Of a stretch of DNA of 64,000 nucleotides, positions 59,567-64,000 are shown in pieces. Position 1 is the stretch's first letter. The number at the start of each line of letters is the position of its first letter. The translations under genes were made by a program, and so were the position numbers. This stretch comes from Anthoceros angustus. Its lineage: Eukaryota; Plantae; Anthocerotophyta. Location: the NCBI GenBank assembly GCA_010909165.1, contig MU008236.1, positions 6,081 through 70,080 on the forward strand, written 5' to 3'. A model generated the notes under the pieces. The model was given only the letters and a program-made list of their open reading frames with translations, searched no databases and was not told the origin of the DNA.

Positions 59567-61795
59567 AGATCTCCTAATAAGGCTATTGATGAGCGGTGTT
59601 CTAGAGGAGCTATGGTCCGGAAAGAAACCATCCTACAAGCATCTGCGAGTGTTTGGTGAGGCATCGCCATGTTCCAAAAGAGTTTCGGGACAAGTTGGCA
59701 CCTAAGTCCAAGAAATGTATTTTTCTTGGCTATGGTGATTCGGTGAGATGGGATACCGTTTGTGGGATCCGGCTAGAAAGGTTGTTCGTACTAAACGTGT
59801 TCTTCAATGAGAACAAGATGCAAAGCCTACTCCAAAGGTGGAGGTGCGAAGGGTGATCTTCCAAGAAGATGGACATGATCATCATGGGCGGGTTGATACT
59901 TGAAGTGGTAATGTGCGAGCACATTCCTCCACCTAGATGAACCAAGAGTCGAACAAGCTATAGAGGTGCACATGCCGTGTCGGGAGATTACACGACCTCG
60001 GTGTGATCCATCTGGATTATGTATCTTTGACAGTTGTGGGGAACCCTCTTCTTACAAAGAGGCCATGTCAATGAGTAACAAAGAAGTGGGAGAAGGCCAT
60101 GCGATCAATGAATTGTGCATAAGAACCAAACTTGGGAGTTGGTTGGTTGCCTAGGATAAGAAGGCACCGCAAATGGGTGTACAAGATGAAGGTCATACCC
60201 TTGATGGCAAACCAAAGTACAAGGCACGATTGGTTGCTAAGGGTTTCAAGCAACAACCATTGACTTTGATGAGATTTTCTCACCGTAGTCAAAATGACAA
60301 CTTTGCGATGTGTTCTTGCTTTGGTTGCGAGAATGATATGGAACTTGTATGGGATGGATGTCAAGGCGGCATTCTTGCATGGTGACCTTCAAGAGGAAGT
60401 CTACATGCAACGGAAGGTTTTGTTGAGAAGGGCAAAGAGAATCGGTGTGCGAGTTGAGGAAGAGCCTTTATGGTTTGAAGCAGCACCAGTGGTATCACAA
60501 GTTCCACTCATTTATGCTTTCTCAAGGCTACAAAAGCGTAGCGATGAGGATCATTGCCTCTATCTGAAGCTAAGGATCAAAGCTTGCTCATTTTGATCCT
60601 CTATGTGGATGATATGCTAATTCTTTGGAAGCGATCTTGATGAGATTTCACGTTGAAGTCAAAGTTGAATGCTCACTTTGAAATGACAGACTTGGGAGGC
60701 GAGCCATATACTTGGCATGCGTCGTCGGAGCAGACATAAGCGTCGCTTTATTTGTCTCGACGGAATACATTAACAGGTGCTTCAACGTTTCAACATGGAG
60801 AAGGGAAGCCATTGGGTACTCCATTGCCTCCATATGTGAAACTTTCAAGCGGATTGCCCAAGCTCGAGGAGGACAAATGAAATGGAGAAGGTCCCATACT
60901 CATCAGTAGGGAGTTTGATGTATGCAATGATTGCTACGTCGACATTGCCTTTGCGGTGGGAGTGGTTAGCGAGTTTATGTCAAACCACGCAAGAAGCATT
61001 GGGAGGCGATAAAAGGAGTTATGAGGTATCCGAATGGTACAAAAGCTTTGTGCATATGTTTTGGTAGTGAAGATGCATGTGTGGTTGGGTACACGGATGC
61101 GATTATGCAGGATATGGACAAAAGGAGGTCCACATCGTTATGTCTTCATGTGCCTTTGGAGGGGTCATGGCGATCTCGTTTGCGATCGTGCATTACGCTA
61201 TCTACCAGAGGCCGAGTATGTTTGCACGAGGCTTGCAAGGAAGCCATATGGCTTGCTCGTTTAGTGGGAGACTTGGGGATCAAGGTTGAGTCGCCGGTGT
61301 TGCATTGTGATAGCAGTGCTATCCAATTGGCAAAGAATCCGATGTTTCATGCGAAGACTAAACATGTGGATGTGAAGTATCACTTCATTCGAGAGGTGTT
61401 GGATGACAAGAGGGTACAACTTGTCAAGGTTCACCGGCCCGAACCCCGGATATTCTTACCAAGGGACTCTCTACAGCAATTTGCACAAGCTCGGACAACG
61501 ATGGGCATGAGATAGTCCATTCTTCTACGAAGGTAAATTGGCCTTTAAGTGGGAGGTTGTAAGGGTATTAAAGCCCAATGTACTTAGACTAATACACTTA
61601 GTCTAAGTTAGGTGTCGATTAAGTATCATTAGTTTGTTTGAAGCTAATCACTAGGAAGCTTCTTGTGCTCCTTCCTAGTGGCTTCTTGTGGAGCTTCCTA
61701 GGGAGCCACATTGGAGGTATAAATACCCTCAAGCCTCATCTCAATGTGAGAGAGTTACTCTTGCCTCCTCCTCTCCTCTCCTCTTTCCACCATCA
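59567..61795 (+). mobile_element. Copia INT-RT-RH, PPT (61547-61556) and 3' LTR (61558-61795)
   Basis: HLRVFG, KLAPKSKKCIFLGY, YKARLVAKGFKQ, MDVKAAFLHGDL, LYVDDML, PYSSVGSLMYAM, GYTDA and HCDSSAIQLAKNPMFHAKTKHVDVKYHFIRE; then AAGTGGGAGG followed by TGTAAGG...CCATCA. Confidence 0.9.
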
Positions 61796-63050
61796 TGTCC
61801 GCCGATCCTTCACACAAGACGTGCTTTGTATGCGCCTACAATTCCGCGTGTTCAACTTCTTCTTGAAAACCCACTTGCATGCTACGGGCTTTCTTCCTTT
61901 AGGAAGGTGGGACCCGATTTCAAGTTTTGTTTTTTAGATGAGTGACTAGTATTCAGACTCTATGGCAACTTGCCAAAAAGGGGCCTCTCGGCCTTCTAAA
62001 GCTTCCTTATAAGTTGCTGGTTCTCCAAGGGAAGCTGAAACACTTGGAATTGACACTGGATAAAATTCAGAAATGGCTACATTTGCTGTGTAAGGTGGTT
62101 CTTTCCGCTCGGACATGGGTCTACGGATGCGAGTAGAACGACGAGGGAGTGAAGGCTCCTCTACTGGATCAGGCTCCTGGTCACTATCAAGTATGGTTAC
62201 AAAATGGTTGATTAGTAGCGATTGGTAAGACATCGAGTACCTAAGGAAACAATTTGAATCATTTTCATCATTATGGCTCTTTGAAAGCATGCGTCATTTC
62301 TGCCCAGGCCCATCAATGGATCATCATCGGAGCTGCCCCCTTTATCCGGAGAGGAAGAAGAATCCTCGTCGTCAAAAGCCGACTTCGCCGGTGTCAGAGG
62401 ATCGATTATCCTCAATACCATGAATAGAAGGAGGAGGTGTGGTAGCATCCAGAGACAAGGCAGCAGAGTGACATCGGAGCAAAGTTGCTTCATGGAAAAT
62501 CACACTACGTGATAAAGTGAGCTGGCGAGTGACACGGTTGAAAAGTTTGTAGCCCTTCACCTCTTCAGAGTAACCGACAAAGACATGCTTGGAGGCCTTG
62601 GGATCAAGCTTGGAACGCATTGCTGGAGGAACAAGAGCATAATTTGGAGCTCCAAAATTATGAAGATGGCGAACTCAAGGCTTCTTGCTGTCCATCTCTC
62701 AAAAGGAGCCGCGAGGTCCAAGTTCCTTGGTGGGCAGGCGATTCTAAACATAGTTAGCTGCCATCAAAGCTTCAGCCCAATACCCACGGGTAAGTCCAGC
62801 AAAAGAAAGTGAAGCCAAAGTGGCCTCCTGCAGTGTGCTATTTTTGTGCTCTGAAAAAGCATTCTGTTCAGGTGTGTAGGGCACAGTGAACTGATGGAGA
62901 ATGCCTTCCTGCTTACATAAGGATGCGAAAGCGTGGCTGGTGTACTCACCACCATTGTCTCATAAATTCGCACCTTGCGGAGGTTTGTCGTTGAGCATAG
63001 GCAACATAGGACTTGGAAGCGGTCAAAAGCTTTTGGCTGTAAATAGAGAA
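61796..63050 (-). mobile_element. Ty1/Copia integrase core to RT N-terminus, truncated on both sides
   Basis: Minus strand reads AFDRFQ, DNGGEY, KLDPKASKHVFVGYSEEVKGYKLF, EPATYKEAL...WQVAIESEY and LPKGRKPVACKWVFKKK...KARL. Confidence 0.9.
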
Positions 63051-63459
63051 ACAACAAGGTCTCCTAAAGTGAGACGACTCCTCGTCTCTACTTTTGAGTG
63101 TGAAATTTGGGGTTTGTGATGGAAAACCGTGCTTTGTCACGTTTTCAAAACTTTGGCCAAAACCTTAAGTGTGAAAGTCCAAGTGAAGAATGAAACCATG
63201 TTTTTGAGGTTTTACCTATTATGGTTTTTAAGGTAACACAATCCCTAATTACCCACCACAAAATGGTTACGATCGAAGATGGAAACCATATGTAACAAGC
63301 CATGTAGTCATATGGACATCATGAATTTCAAAATGCGACATAACGGGTTTGAAGGGTTGCATGCATGAGCGGTAAACAACAAAAGGTGGATGCCGCATCA
63401 CGTAATTCTATGACCGTGGATATGTGAGCGGCTTCATCGGTGAACTTGACTGGCCATGA

Positions 63460-64000
63460 TGAAAATAAGATCAGAACAATTAAAACCAGGATAGAAAAAT
63501 TCAGGTAAGGAAATGCCTACTTCAACCGAAGTATCATCATGGAAAACACCTGATTTGAATGATGATCAGTGGGCGAAAATTAATGTTCCGGTGTTTGGGA
63601 GCAGCAGGGATTGGAGGATCTGGATGTGTGGCTAAGAAAATCTATAATCCTGACGGCCGCTGAAGCAGCTCAACCTGCCATTCTTGAATTGTCTATGATT
63701 GATGATAGAGATGAAACCTATGTGAATGGTCAGCTGGTAGGAAAATCCAATGTTTACAATGATAAAAGGAAGTATAATATTGCTCCGGGTATTTTAAAGG
63801 AAGGTAAAACACCATTGCAATAAGAGTGCATGATACGGGTGGAGGCGGAGGGATTTATGGTGATTCTGCAGACCTTAAAATCACTATGGGAAGTATGGTC
63901 AAACCGCTCACGGGTAATTGGTTGATAAGAATTGAATCTGCACAGGAAGTCGGATCAAACACCAACCCAAACAGTAATCCAACCTTATTATACAATTCCA
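63460..64000 (+). CDS. Bacterial-type sialate O-acetylesterase-family fragment (sugar-binding jelly-roll insert), frameshifted, runs off window end
   Basis: Joined frames read WKTPDLNDDQWAKINVP..WEQQGLEDLD.VWLRKSI...ILELSMIDDRDETYVNGQLVGKSNVYNDKRKYNIAPGILKEGK.TIAIRVHDTGGGGGIYGD...LTGNW...NPNSNPTLLYNS. No introns. Confidence 0.8.

Noticed and set aside
35-63823. Numerous 60-270 aa ORFs antisense or off-frame to TE genes and AGO1 exons (e.g. 5490..6299, 16690..17133, 40623..40958, 58484..58795)
   Set aside because: They have no recognisable motifs and are explained as shadow ORFs of GC-rich coding or repeat sequence.

Overview
Eukaryotic green-plant genomic DNA (streptophyte; a non-seed land plant is my inference) that is mostly nested transposons around one host gene, an intron-rich ARGONAUTE1-clade gene (22 coding exons, stop at 42876, intact D-E-D-H slicer residues). 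Left arm: a minus-strand Ty1/Copia element split by a CACTA DNA transposon (3-bp TSD AGC), plus LTR-element relics with uncharacterised accessory ORFs. At 21.5-26 kb is a frameshifted Ty3/Gypsy-type element whose pol carries a C5 cytosine DNA methyltransferase domain between the aspartic protease and RT; this is the most interesting system in the window. Right arm: a stack of nested Copia elements, one with non-canonical AG...CT LTR ends and an exact 5-bp TSD. The last ~550 bp resemble a bacterial sialate O-acetylesterase. The sequence has many homopolymer-type indels, and the first 41 kb holds nine head-to-tail 1-2.4 kb duplications with microhomology junctions. Both patterns suggest an under-polished long-read assembly, so frameshifts and copy numbers are provisional. 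All protein-family calls come from motifs I read by eye, not from searches. No rRNA, tRNA or CRISPR array was recognised.
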